Shown: positions 7,834 to 15,939, counted from the first letter of the stretch. The stretch is 16,035 nucleotides of DNA from Planctomycetota bacterium (GCA_038213805.1 JBBQSO010000108.1:1-16035), one strand, 5' to 3'. Notes: a model not told the origin generated them from the sequence alone. Numbers and translations: made by a program.

Positions 7834-8173
7834 GGCGGCCTGCTCGCGTGGGGCGCTTGGCGCAGGACTGTTGAAGCAGGCGTGGTGCGCGCGTCACGAG
7901 CGTCCGTGCTGACCTCCAAGATTTCCCCGCGCATCGTTTGCAACGGGACGCGCTGCCGCCCTCGACCACATCACCATTTCAACAAGGTAGACAGAGAGAA
8001 GCAGACGCTTTACGCCTTATCCGCGCATACCCGCTAGGTTCGAGGCTCGCGTGTGGCGCCTGGCGCCCAGTGCATGGCGCCTCCTACCCCCATCGCTCCC
8101 CGTGTCCCACGCGCGCCGCGCAACCTCGCCGCCTCGGCTGTGGCGCTGCGCCAATCGGGCGCATGATATCGCC

Positions 8174-9046
8174 ATGGGTTCCACCAACCGTTTCCTCAAG
8201 GATGGGCCGCGCGTCGTGCAGCGCAGCGGCAACTTCCCCGCCTCGTGCCTGACCATCGGCACTTCGGACTCCTCCGGCGGCGCCGGGGTGCAGGCGGACA
8301 TCAAGACCTTCGCCGCGCAGAACTGCTATGGCGCCTCGGTGGTGGTCGCGCTCAGCGCGCAGAACTTCTCCGGCATCAAGGGCATGCACCTGGTGCCCGA
8401 AAGCTTCGTGCGCACCCAGCTCGACGCGGTCGGTGACGAGCTGCCGATCTCGGCCATCAAGATCGGCCTGGTGCCCAACGTCGCGACCATCCGCGTGATC
8501 GGCCGCTGGCTGCGCGAGCGCCCGGACGTGCCGGTGGTGCTCGACCCGGTGGCCGCCGACAGCCGAGGCATCCCGCTGCTGCAGCCCGAGATGGTCGGCG
8601 CGCTGTGCGACGAATTGATGCCGCGCGCCACGGTCGCCACGCCCAACCGCTTCGAGGCCGCGCTGCTCGCCGGCATGGAGGAATGCCTCAGCCTCGAGGA
8701 CATGGAGGAGGCCGCGCAGCGCATCTTCAAGCGCTTTGGCTGCCCGGTGGTGGTTACCGGCGGCGGGCTCGCCGAGCGCTCGCTGGACGTGCTGGCCGGC
8801 CTCGACGGCGTCAGCCATTTCGACGCGCCCACCTGCCACCGCATCAAGGTGCACGGCGCGGGCTGCGCACACTCGGCCGCGGTCACCGCCGGCCTGGCCA
8901 AGGGCGACAGCCTGCGCGAGGCGATCTTCCACGCCAAATTCTACGTCTCGGCCGCGATCGCCGCGGCGCCGATGCTGGACTCGGGTCGCGGGGCGCTGTG
9001 GCACGGCGTGACGCCGAACATCCTGACGTCGAGTACGAACGCCTGA
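8174..9046 (+). CDS. thiD: Hydroxymethylpyrimidine/phosphomethylpyrimidine kinase
   Basis: LTIGTSDSSGGAGVQADIKTF, AIKIG, VVLDPV, TPNRFEA, HGAGC motifs. Confidence 0.92.
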   Translation: MGSTNRFLKDGPRVVQRSGNFPASCLTIGTSDSSGGAGVQADIKTFAAQNCYGASVVVALSAQNFSGIKGMHLVPESFVRTQLDAVGDELPISAIKIGLVPNVATIRVIGRWLRERPDVPVVLDPVAADSRGIPLLQPEMVGALCDELMPRATVATPNRFEAALLAGMEECLSLEDMEEAAQRIFKRFGCPVVVTGGGLAERSLDVLAGLDGVSHFDAPTCHRIKVHGAGCAHSAAVTAGLAKGDSLREAIFHAKFYVSAAIAAAPMLDSGRGALWHGVTPNILTSSTNA

Positions 9047-9050
9047 GCAC

Positions 9051-9092
9051 TGGCTGATGGCTGATGGCTGATGGCTGATGGCTGATGGCTGA
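9051..9092 (+). repeat. Heptamer tandem repeat (GCTGATG)x5 plus partial unit
   Basis: Exact units at 9053-9087, a few nt after the thiD stop. Confidence 0.95.
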
Positions 9093-9192
9093 AATGCCCT
9101 GCGTCGAAACCGCTGCGATCAAGCCTGTTTTCCCACCGCATCTGTGCTTCGCCGCGGATCCGGGTACGGAAGCACGCCCGGTTCTGATCGCA

Positions 9193-9846
9193 TCAGACCG
9201 GCGCGGCCCCGGGCACCACAATGCCAAACGCGCCGCGGATGCCGGAGACCAGCATCTGCACCGCGATCGCGCCAAGCAACAGGCCCTGCAGGCGGACGAG
9301 CATGCCCATCACCACCGGACTCATCCAGCGCTCGACGCGCACCGCGGCGAGCAGGATGGCCGCGCTGGTGACGCCGAGCAGGCCGATCGCCGCCAGCTGC
9401 ACCGTCAGGCCACCGTCATGGCCGCCGATGCGTAAAGCCATCACCGTCGCGATCGCACCCGGCCCGGCGAGCATCGGCACACCCAGTGGGATGATGCCGA
9501 CCTCCTGCTGGGAGACGCCGACGTCGACCTCCTCCTGGGTGGTCTTCATGCGCGGCGTGCGCATTTGCACCATGTCGATGGCGTAGAGGAACATCAGCGC
9601 CCCACCGGCGATGCGGAAGGCGTCGATGGTGATGCCGAAGAACTGGAAGACCATCTCCCCGAACAGCGCCGCCATGGCCAGCACCACGCTGCAGGTCGCT
9701 GCCGCATACAACGCCGAGCGCCGCCGTCGGGTCGCCCCATCGGACACCGTCATGCTCAGGAACAGCGGCGCGGCCCCGTGCGGGCTGACGATGATCAGCA
9801 GCGGCACCAGGGCCTTGACCACCGCCGCCATGAACCCTGCCTCCAT
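9193..9846 (-). CDS. marC: MarC-family integral membrane protein
   Basis: FFGITIDAFRIAGG, IIPLGVPMLAGPGAIATVM, RLQGLLLGAIAVQM; ATG 9846 follows a GGGAG RBS. Confidence 0.93.
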   Translation of the reverse strand: MEAGFMAAVVKALVPLLIIVSPHGAAPLFLSMTVSDGATRRRRSALYAAATCSVVLAMAALFGEMVFQFFGITIDAFRIAGGALMFLYAIDMVQMRTPRMKTTQEEVDVGVSQQEVGIIPLGVPMLAGPGAIATVMALRIGGHDGGLTVQLAAIGLLGVTSAAILLAAVRVERWMSPVVMGMLVRLQGLLLGAIAVQMLVSGIRGAFGIVVPGAAPV

Positions 9847-9950
9847 CGCATCTCCCTGCGCAAGTCTGGATCGCAACGGGGTTTCCGGCAAGACCCGGGT
9901 GGCTTTCCTGGAACCTGGCACGTGCGTGTCCCGGGGCAGGCAGAACCCTC

Positions 9951-9977
9951 TGGACAAATGCCTAAGTCCTCTAGGAT
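9951..9977 (+). promoter_or_regulatory. Possible tRNA promoter
   Basis: TGGACA, 15 nt, TAGGAT, ending 13 nt before the tRNA; the spacer is short. Confidence 0.35.
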
Positions 9978-9990
9978 CCCTCGCCTACGC

Positions 9991-10067
9991 GCGGGCGTAG
10001 CTCAGTTGGCTAGAGCGACAGCTTGCCATGCTGTAGGTCGAGAGTTCGAGTCTCTTCGCCCGCTCCA
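9991..10067 (+). tRNA. tRNA-Gly(GCC)
   Basis: Acceptor GCGGGCG/CGCCCGC plus TCCA; D arm GCTC/GAGC; anticodon stem ACAGC/GCTGT with loop TT-GCC-AT; T loop TTCGAGT. Confidence 0.97.
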
Positions 10068-10072
10068 AGACA

Positions 10073-10108
10073 CTAACCCCTGGCGAAAGCTAGGGGTTAG
10101 CTGTTTCT
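10073..10108 (+). terminator. Terminator-like hairpin after tRNA
   Basis: CTAACCCCTGGC-GAAA-GCTAGGGGTTAG followed by CTGTTTCT. Confidence 0.7.
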
Positions 10109-10141
10109 GGACACTCTGCGCCTTATGAGCCCTATTGGGCC

Positions 10142-10165
10142 CTGGTCCCAGTTCTGGTCCCAGTT
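10142..10165. repeat. 12-bp tandem direct repeat CTGGTCCCAGTT x2, candidate integrase arm-type sites
   Basis: Exact repeat about 75 nt from the tRNA end. Confidence 0.6.
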
Positions 10166-10194
10166 GGAGGCGTGGTGGCCTCGACGCTCGAGGT

Positions 10195-10235
10195 AAAAGA
10201 AAAACCGCCGGCGAGGGTCTCGCACCCTCGCCGGC
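10195..10235 (-). terminator. Intrinsic terminator of integrase
   Basis: 12-bp stem GCCGGCGAGGGT/ACCCTCGCCGGC (10207-10235) followed on the minus strand by GGTTTTTCTTTT. Confidence 0.8.
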
Positions 10236-10249
10236 CAGCCTTCCATGAC

Positions 10250-11527
10250 TCACCCCTTCACCTGGGTGGCTACCACCGTGTTTGTGGCATTGATGGCATC
10301 ATCATAGCTGAGCAGGTGTCCATAGTGACCGTGAACCATGCGAGTGTCGCCATGCCCCATCCACCGCGCCACCTTCACGTCAGAGACGTTGGCAATGAGG
10401 AGGTTCGAGGCAAACGAGTGGCGCATCCCGTACATTGTGATGGGCTTGCCGCCAACCAGGGCGAGCCTCTTCATTATGCGCCGCCAAGCCTTGGTCGGGT
10501 TGTAGCGGTAAATCCAACCCTTCCCGTCACGACGACGCCCCTTGCGGTGCGGCTCGTTCATCAACAGGAACCCCTCGACCTTTCGATAGCATTGAAGTAT
10601 GGCCAGCAGCGGGGTCGAAATCGGGATGTCACGCGATTCGCCATCCTTGGGGGTCCACCCCGAATGCGGAACCACATGACAGACCGGACGGGGCTCTCCA
10701 GAGTGAGGGTCTTTCGCATCAAGATCCAAGTCCTGCCAGCGCAACATAATGATCTCCTGGGGACGGAGACCGAGGTAGCAGCCGCAAGCGACCAGGAGTG
10801 TCGCAGTCGGTTGGTGGGGATCTTGAGCAGCACAGCGCAGGGCACGTTCGACCTCCTCGCTGGTCCACCACTCACGGCGGTGGCGCTGTGACGCCGGTTC
10901 CTTGAGACGGCGGACCGTCTTGTGGCCGTGGTCCTTCACCAAACCCATATTCGCGGCCCAGTTCAGGTAGGTTTTGAGCACCCCCAGGCTGGTGTTGGCC
11001 GTCGAAGGACTGGTGCGCTTTGCGATCTGAGCGAGCGCGTTGCTGATGTCGTCCGCTCGCAGGTTGTTCAGGAGACGGTCGTTTCCCAGTCCCTGACGCC
11101 ACAACTGGAGACGGTAGCGGTCTCGATCACTGGTCGAGACGGCCACCTTCGTCTTGCGGTCAACATGAAGATGGTCGAACAACTGGCCGAGGGTCTGGAT
11201 GCGCGCGATGATCGATACAGGACCAGTCACGACCCCTTCCTGATGGTCTTGCAGCAATTCCTCCCACTTGGACTGCCAAGCGGCACAGACCTTCCGCAGG
11301 TCTCGTTCAACGGTGATGGGTTTGGGCGCCGGATTGAAGACGTGACGACAGGAGCGCGGTGAAACCGACTCCATGTGGCCTTCATGCTGCGGAAAGAGCC
11401 AACGCAGGGCCGAAACCGAGCCAACGGCAACGAGAGCATAACTTTCGCGCTTCCACCGTGAGGTCAGGCTGACGTCACCGTGGGGCGTTTTCTGAATGCG
11501 AGGCGGCATAGCCGTATGCCTCGCCAT
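10250..11527 (-). CDS. int: Tyrosine recombinase/integrase
   Basis: GLRPQEI (R), TPKDGESR (K), YGMRHSFAS, WMGH, HYGH (Y); ATG 11527 follows an AGGAGG RBS. Confidence 0.95.
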   Translation of the reverse strand: MARHTAMPPRIQKTPHGDVSLTSRWKRESYALVAVGSVSALRWLFPQHEGHMESVSPRSCRHVFNPAPKPITVERDLRKVCAAWQSKWEELLQDHQEGVVTGPVSIIARIQTLGQLFDHLHVDRKTKVAVSTSDRDRYRLQLWRQGLGNDRLLNNLRADDISNALAQIAKRTSPSTANTSLGVLKTYLNWAANMGLVKDHGHKTVRRLKEPASQRHRREWWTSEEVERALRCAAQDPHQPTATLLVACGCYLGLRPQEIIMLRWQDLDLDAKDPHSGEPRPVCHVVPHSGWTPKDGESRDIPISTPLLAILQCYRKVEGFLLMNEPHRKGRRRDGKGWIYRYNPTKAWRRIMKRLALVGGKPITMYGMRHSFASNLLIANVSDVKVARWMGHGDTRMVHGHYGHLLSYDDAINATNTVVATQVKG

Positions 11528-11555
11528 GAAACCTCCTGCGGGCTCATCCATGGGA

Positions 11556-11837
11556 TCAGCCCTTCTTGGTTTGTGTGGTGATGAAGGCGTCGAGGTCGAC
11601 AGCGCACTGCTCCGGGCTCGTCGCCGGGATCAGCACGCGATCGACATCCTCGACGCGAAAACGGCGCGGCCCACGCGGGCCAACGCGATGCAGTTTGAGA
11701 ATCCCTGAAATGATCAGGCGCTCCACCGTGCGCCCGCTGACCGCAAGGCGATCAGCGACCTGGCGCGCGGTAAGCAGCTTGGCGGGTGGCGTGATCGGAG
11801 GAGAGGCTGATTTCCCTGGGCGTGGGCTGGTCGGCAT
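11556..11837 (-). CDS. xis: Excisionase-like HTH protein (HTH_17/MerR-like)
   Basis: LLTARQVADRLAVSGRTVERLIISGILKLHRVG...RRFRVEDV, directly upstream of int. The frame is open to ATG 12131, so the start is uncertain. Confidence 0.85.
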   Translation of the reverse strand: MPTSPRPGKSASPPITPPAKLLTARQVADRLAVSGRTVERLIISGILKLHRVGPRGPRRFRVEDVDRVLIPATSPEQCAVDLDAFITTQTKKG

Positions 11838-12206
11838 GGACGTGTCCAAAGCTGGACGAGTACGGCGATCGCGCGGGGTATTCCCCGGCGTGCATTGCCG
11901 ATGCTCATCAGTTGGATCGCGTCCGGTGGCCGGCACAGGCCCCGCGTACGGAGCACCGCCCAGGTCCAGGGCAATCAGAGGCTTCGCCAAGGTGCAGGCG
12001 TCATCGCCCGCCATCTGCCGCCTTCCATCCGGGTACCAGTCAAGGCCCGCCGTAGCGAGACAAGGCCAGAGTACGGATAGTGGTGAGAGACCTGCCTCGT
12101 CACGAACTGGCATCATGCTAAGGAACTGCATGCCGCCTCAAGATCATTTCCCGGCCTCGCCGGCGAATTTACTGGACTCAATAGCGCGTCACGTAGGCCA
12201 TCTCTA

Positions 12207-12389
12207 TTATCCCGCTCCATTTGGTCTTTGCTGGTCATCGTTTACGTATTGGGCGACGAGAAATCCGAGGACGAACGCAGCCAACACAGCAACTACCGAA
12301 TCCTGGATGTGGTTGCTGACCGTGATGTTTGGATTCACAGCGACCTGGATGGTGATGGGAGGCGGTGCGGGAGGCGGCCGGTAGGACAT
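12207..12389 (-). CDS. Small single-pass membrane protein (60 aa)
   Basis: MSYRPPPAPPP...VVAVLAAFVLGFLVAQYV; tandem TAA TAG stops; no clear RBS. Confidence 0.5.
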   Translation of the reverse strand: MSYRPPPAPPPITIQVAVNPNITVSNHIQDSVVAVLAAFVLGFLVAQYVNDDQQRPNGAG

Positions 12390-12445
12390 TGGGAATGGGA
12401 AACCCGCGTTCGGGCCGTGGTCAGTGGGAGGGAACTCCAACACGA

Positions 12446-13570
12446 TCACGCTCCCGTCAGTGCGAGCGCTGCGTCCCACGCCTTGGCCTTCACCTCGGCG
12501 CCGCTGCCGAAGGTGGCGCTGAAGAGCCGATTCTCGCCGGCATCGCCGCCGTCGCTGGTCCTCGTCACCCGGTCGTGGTCGACATACTCGACAACGGCCT
12601 GCATGATGCTGAAAGCCGTGTCCTTGGTGCCCTTCACCTGACTGGTCGGGCTTGCCAGGATCGCAGCGATGCGCTCCTCGCGGTTCTTGCGGATCGTGGC
12701 CGCCCGGTCGGCCTCATCGGAGCCGGGCTTACCGAAGACGCTGGCGAGGAAGGCCGCCTTCAGCCGCTCGGACAGCGGCTTCGAGGCGAGGTGCATCCAC
12801 GCCTGCTTGGTCAGCAGGTGGCTACGGATGGTGGCCGCGTAAGCCTCCTGGATTTCACGGATGCTGTCCTCCATCCCGGGGAGGTGCTTCACTGTGAACC
12901 CACCGGCCAAGCCCGGCTTCTTCCTGTTCTCACGCGCCTGCGATTCGGCCATCCGCAGCGTGTTGGAGCAAATGATTCGCAGCGTCGTGGGCGCGATGGT
13001 CAGCATTTTGTTGCCGACATGCCCGCTGCTGCAGAACAGGAAAGTCTTCGACTCGTCATCCCCGATGCGGATGCCGAGATCGGGGAGATGCGCCATCACC
13101 CACACCACCGCACCGCCCTGAAGCGCCCCGGCAGTCTCGATGGTATACGGCACCGTGCTGCCACCGGGACCCGCTCGGCCGAGATCGCGGAAAACATCGA
13201 ACATTCGCTGGTTTTGGAGCGGGGTGTAGTCGGGACCGACGACGCCCAGGATACCGCCGGTGTCACTCCGGCGGATGGCACTGACATCTGGAACCGGTTC
13301 GAGCCGATCGGCCGTACGCAGGTCAACCCGCTGAACCTCCCAGTTCAGTCCCGCCTGGCGCATGGCAGCGTCAGGATCGGTGGTCGCTTCGGCGAGCAGG
13401 GTCTTGCCGTGCCGCTGCCACGGGCTGGTCCGGCGAGGCTGAAGGCTGTTGCTGGACGTGGCCAGCGCTTGTGAACGTGGCCGGTGCAGAGTCGGGATGA
13501 TCTGATCGACGAGGCGTCCGATCGGCGTGGCCTGGGGCAGAAGGTCGGAGAAGAGCTGATCGTTGGGCAT
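12446..13570 (-). CDS. DUF932 family phage/plasmid-like protein
   Basis: AGLNWEV, RSDTGGILGVVGPDYTPLQN, IETAGALQGG, TTLRIICSNTL, AVVEYVDH, FGSGAEVK motifs; AGGA RBS. Confidence 0.9.
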   Translation of the reverse strand: MPNDQLFSDLLPQATPIGRLVDQIIPTLHRPRSQALATSSNSLQPRRTSPWQRHGKTLLAEATTDPDAAMRQAGLNWEVQRVDLRTADRLEPVPDVSAIRRSDTGGILGVVGPDYTPLQNQRMFDVFRDLGRAGPGGSTVPYTIETAGALQGGAVVWVMAHLPDLGIRIGDDESKTFLFCSSGHVGNKMLTIAPTTLRIICSNTLRMAESQARENRKKPGLAGGFTVKHLPGMEDSIREIQEAYAATIRSHLLTKQAWMHLASKPLSERLKAAFLASVFGKPGSDEADRAATIRKNREERIAAILASPTSQVKGTKDTAFSIMQAVVEYVDHDRVTRTSDGGDAGENRLFSATFGSGAEVKAKAWDAALALTGA

Positions 13571-13635
13571 GCAAATTCCTGCCTCGTCGACAATCGTCGG
13601 CGGGGACTTGGTGGAAGTGGTCGGACGGGGACGAA

Positions 13636-14349
13636 TCAGGCCGCGATCCTTTCTGCCTCGCGGAGCGGAAGAGCGAAGCCGCCGAGATCGAGCTGGCGCT
13701 CGCCATCACTGCGGGTCACCGCCATGACCAACAACGCCAGTTCATGGTCGCACCAGTAAGCCGCAGCGCGGACCAGGGCCTGGGCTTCGGTGAGCGGCAC
13801 GCCAGCCTGGTCAGGCCCCGGCGGAATGACCGACCAGATTCTGAGCAGGTCACTGTGGGCCGGCACCGGGCTGCTGAAGGCCACCGTCGTCTTCCCGACG
13901 ATGTACTGCGCCGCTTCGACCAGCCGCGTATCGAGGCTGGAGCAGCACGGAACCCAACGCATGCCGGCCGGCTTGGTCCAGATGTGATCGAAGTTGGGGT
14001 ATCCCCCGTTGTGGCGAAAGACCACCGCGGCCATCCGTCCGCAGGAGAGGCGCACTTCGGAATGGTTGATGGTCATGGTGACGCGCGGGCTGCTGCCTTT
14101 CGCCAGCACCTTGCAGGCGGCGGTAAACTGGTCCCGGTCGAGGATCGCTTCGACGGGTTGACCGTCGAGGTCGGCCATCGGTTGGATAAAGGCTGCGAGC
14201 AGTTTGCCGTCGGTGGCGGCGAAGCGGATGCGCTCCGCGGTTACGCGCAGGCTGATGTGATGAAGCGGGCCGGTGCCGTTGTCGGCGGCGTGGCCGAGTC
14301 GAGCGAGCCTGGCGAGGCAGGATTTGGAGATGGAACAGGTCGACGTCAT
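13636..14349 (-). CDS. Partial DNA polymerase III beta-clamp (DnaN)-like protein
   Basis: LHHISL...IRFAATDGKLLA...GGYPNFDHIW resembles the DnaN middle domain (ATDGHRLA...GxYPxY..VIP); ATG 14349 follows AAAGGA. Confidence 0.7.
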   Translation of the reverse strand: MTSTCSISKSCLARLARLGHAADNGTGPLHHISLRVTAERIRFAATDGKLLAAFIQPMADLDGQPVEAILDRDQFTAACKVLAKGSSPRVTMTINHSEVRLSCGRMAAVVFRHNGGYPNFDHIWTKPAGMRWVPCCSSLDTRLVEAAQYIVGKTTVAFSSPVPAHSDLLRIWSVIPPGPDQAGVPLTEAQALVRAAAYWCDHELALLVMAVTRSDGERQLDLGGFALPLREAERIAA

Positions 14350-14422
14350 GCGATTCCTTTGCGCTGAAGGGATGGTGGTCCCCGGCGCCTTGGGCACACC
14401 GGGGGAGAGGGACAGAGGGAGA

Positions 14423-14632
14423 TCACGCCGCCGGGCGCGGCTGCTCCTGAGTCTGGACGAAGCCGATCGGCTGCGCGCGTTCGAGGCGCGCGTTCATTGC
14501 GGTATGGACCGCGTCGCCGATGAGGCGCGAAATAGGCAGGCCGGATTCGCGGCTTGCCCGGTGCAGTTCATGCATGACGTCGCGATCGATCTGCGACGCT
14601 GGCCAGCGGTATTTGTTGGTATGGGCGGGCAT
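14423..14632 (-). CDS. Ribbon-helix-helix-like DNA-binding protein
   Basis: IDRDVMHELHRASRESGLPISRLIGDAVH fits the RHH helix-G-helix pattern; GGAG RBS. Confidence 0.65.
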   Translation of the reverse strand: MPAHTNKYRWPASQIDRDVMHELHRASRESGLPISRLIGDAVHTAMNARLERAQPIGFVQTQEQPRPAA

Positions 14633-14818
14633 TGATGATCTCCGGGAATGAACGCGCCCTGGCCGTCTGGCCAGGGCTTGGTGGTGGATAGGTCGCGGCG
14701 CTGGGTAAATCGCGCCAAGTGTTGTCTGGAACCGCTAATGAAAAGTTGTTGATGCCGATGAGTCCGGACGGAAATTTTGGAGATCAATTCACGGATCGGA
14801 ACAATGCCTGAGCAATTG

Positions 14819-15640
14819 CTACGCTGCGTCGGAACGCATCCAAGTTCCCAGCCACGACGGCGCGCTAACGACTTCAGCATCTCGGTGATCGCACCAGTCT
14901 CCCGCTGCCGTTCGCGAACCGATTTCTTTCAGCGCAGCTTCGACCTCACGCCATCCAATGGCGAGATAGTCATCGTCAAGATCGATGACGCGGCAGCGGT
15001 ACAGGGGCGCCTGCTTCTCGACGACAACGAAGCTGAATGGCAGTAGCTCGCCATTGCAGGCGTGCGATACGATCCATCGATACAACGCGGCCTGCCTGAA
15101 ATAGCCAAATGTTCCGACGCTTTTCCCAAAGTCGTCGACATCGACTGTGGTCTTGAAATCTACCACGTGAGACCGCCGATGCAGAAGATCCGCACGGCAC
15201 TGAACGCGGTAATCACCGTAGGGTGACTCCATCCGGAAACCCGTTTCATGCTCGGCGCCTTCGAGCAGCGACTCCGCAATCGGGTTAGCCCTCACGCTGG
15301 CGGCCATTGCGTGAAGGACATTCCATTCGTCCTCGGGAAGCAGCTCGATGCCGGCGGCGGTGGCCTCTGCTTCAGCGGCATGCCAGACCTTGGTCCGCCG
15401 GTCGGCGTCAGGGCCACCCTTATACCGAGTAGCGAAACCCGATTCTGGGTCGAGGAGCATGTGAAACCGCGTGCCAAACCGCATGGCCGCCGTTTCGGGC
15501 TGACGGTATTGGCCGGTGATCATCCGATGGGCGAGCTGCGGACTCCTTAGGAAAGTCGCAATCAGGCTCGATCCCCAGGCCCCGGACGCGTGATACTGCG
15601 CGTTGGTCTCTTCGGCAGACGTCATGACGCTGAGTTTCAC
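14819..15640 (-). CDS. RecE/exonuclease VIII-like PD-(D/E)XK nuclease (DUF3799-type)
   Basis: YHA...SS, AMRFGTRFH, CRADLL, VDFKTT, GYFRQAALY, FVVVEK motifs; GTG start overlaps the upstream stop (GTGA). Confidence 0.9.
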   Translation of the reverse strand: MKLSVMTSAEETNAQYHASGAWGSSLIATFLRSPQLAHRMITGQYRQPETAAMRFGTRFHMLLDPESGFATRYKGGPDADRRTKVWHAAEAEATAAGIELLPEDEWNVLHAMAASVRANPIAESLLEGAEHETGFRMESPYGDYRVQCRADLLHRRSHVVDFKTTVDVDDFGKSVGTFGYFRQAALYRWIVSHACNGELLPFSFVVVEKQAPLYRCRVIDLDDDYLAIGWREVEAALKEIGSRTAAGDWCDHRDAEVVSAPSWLGTWMRSDAA

Positions 15641-15903
15641 CGCGACGCGCCTTGGAGCTTATCGATGAGCCCGCTGGCGGCGCGGCTGGTCAGCTCTTCG
15701 AGAGAACCAACCTTGTGATCGGCGGCGATACGTTCGAAAGCGCCGGGATTGCGATCGCAGAGCTGGCGGACGAACCGTAATTGAGCAGCTGAGATCGCTG
15801 CCGGCGCGCGGCGGCCATTGGTGGAAGGATACGGCGCCGGGCTTGCTGGCGGGAGACCAGAGCGCTCCTGAGGTGAGGCGGGTGAGGCGGGGATCGGTGA
15901 GCG
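15637..15903 (-). pseudogene. 5'-truncated ORF coupled to the nuclease (not in ORF track)
   Basis: Reads RSPIPASPASPQ...ISAAQLRFVRQLCDRNPGAFERIAADHKVGSLEELTSRAASGLIDKLQGASR*. No in-frame ATG/GTG/TTG; in-frame TGA at 15904-15906. Confidence 0.7.
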
Positions 15904-15939
15904 TCAATCCGTGCTGCCATAGTAGCTCGGATTGACGCT
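15900..15939. repeat. 12-bp perfect inverted repeat with 16-nt spacer
   Basis: AGCGTCAATCCG (15900-15911) / CGGATTGACGCT (15928-15939); the spacer also pairs (GCTGC/GTAGC). Confidence 0.9.

Noticed and set aside
7863..7876. CAGGACTGTTGAAG resembling the IS terminal repeat
   Set aside because: Short gapped match with no CTAG flank, partner repeat or transposase.
8054..8081. TGGCGCC x3
   Set aside because: Only two copies are contiguous and the unit is GC-rich; may be a decayed array but is not supportable.
7834..8173. TPP riboswitch upstream of thiD
   Set aside because: No GCTGAGA or CCTGA...TAATxC...GCGxAGG core found by eye.
14755..14774. Hammerhead-like CCGATGAGTCCGGACGGAAA
   Set aside because: Core deviates (CCGAUGA, extra G), stem II has no loop, and stems I and III cannot be built convincingly.
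15659..15920. ORF-track calls 15659-15907 and 15690-15920
   Set aside because: Off-frame reads of the third minus frame, which has the protein-like sequence and the GTGA coupling.
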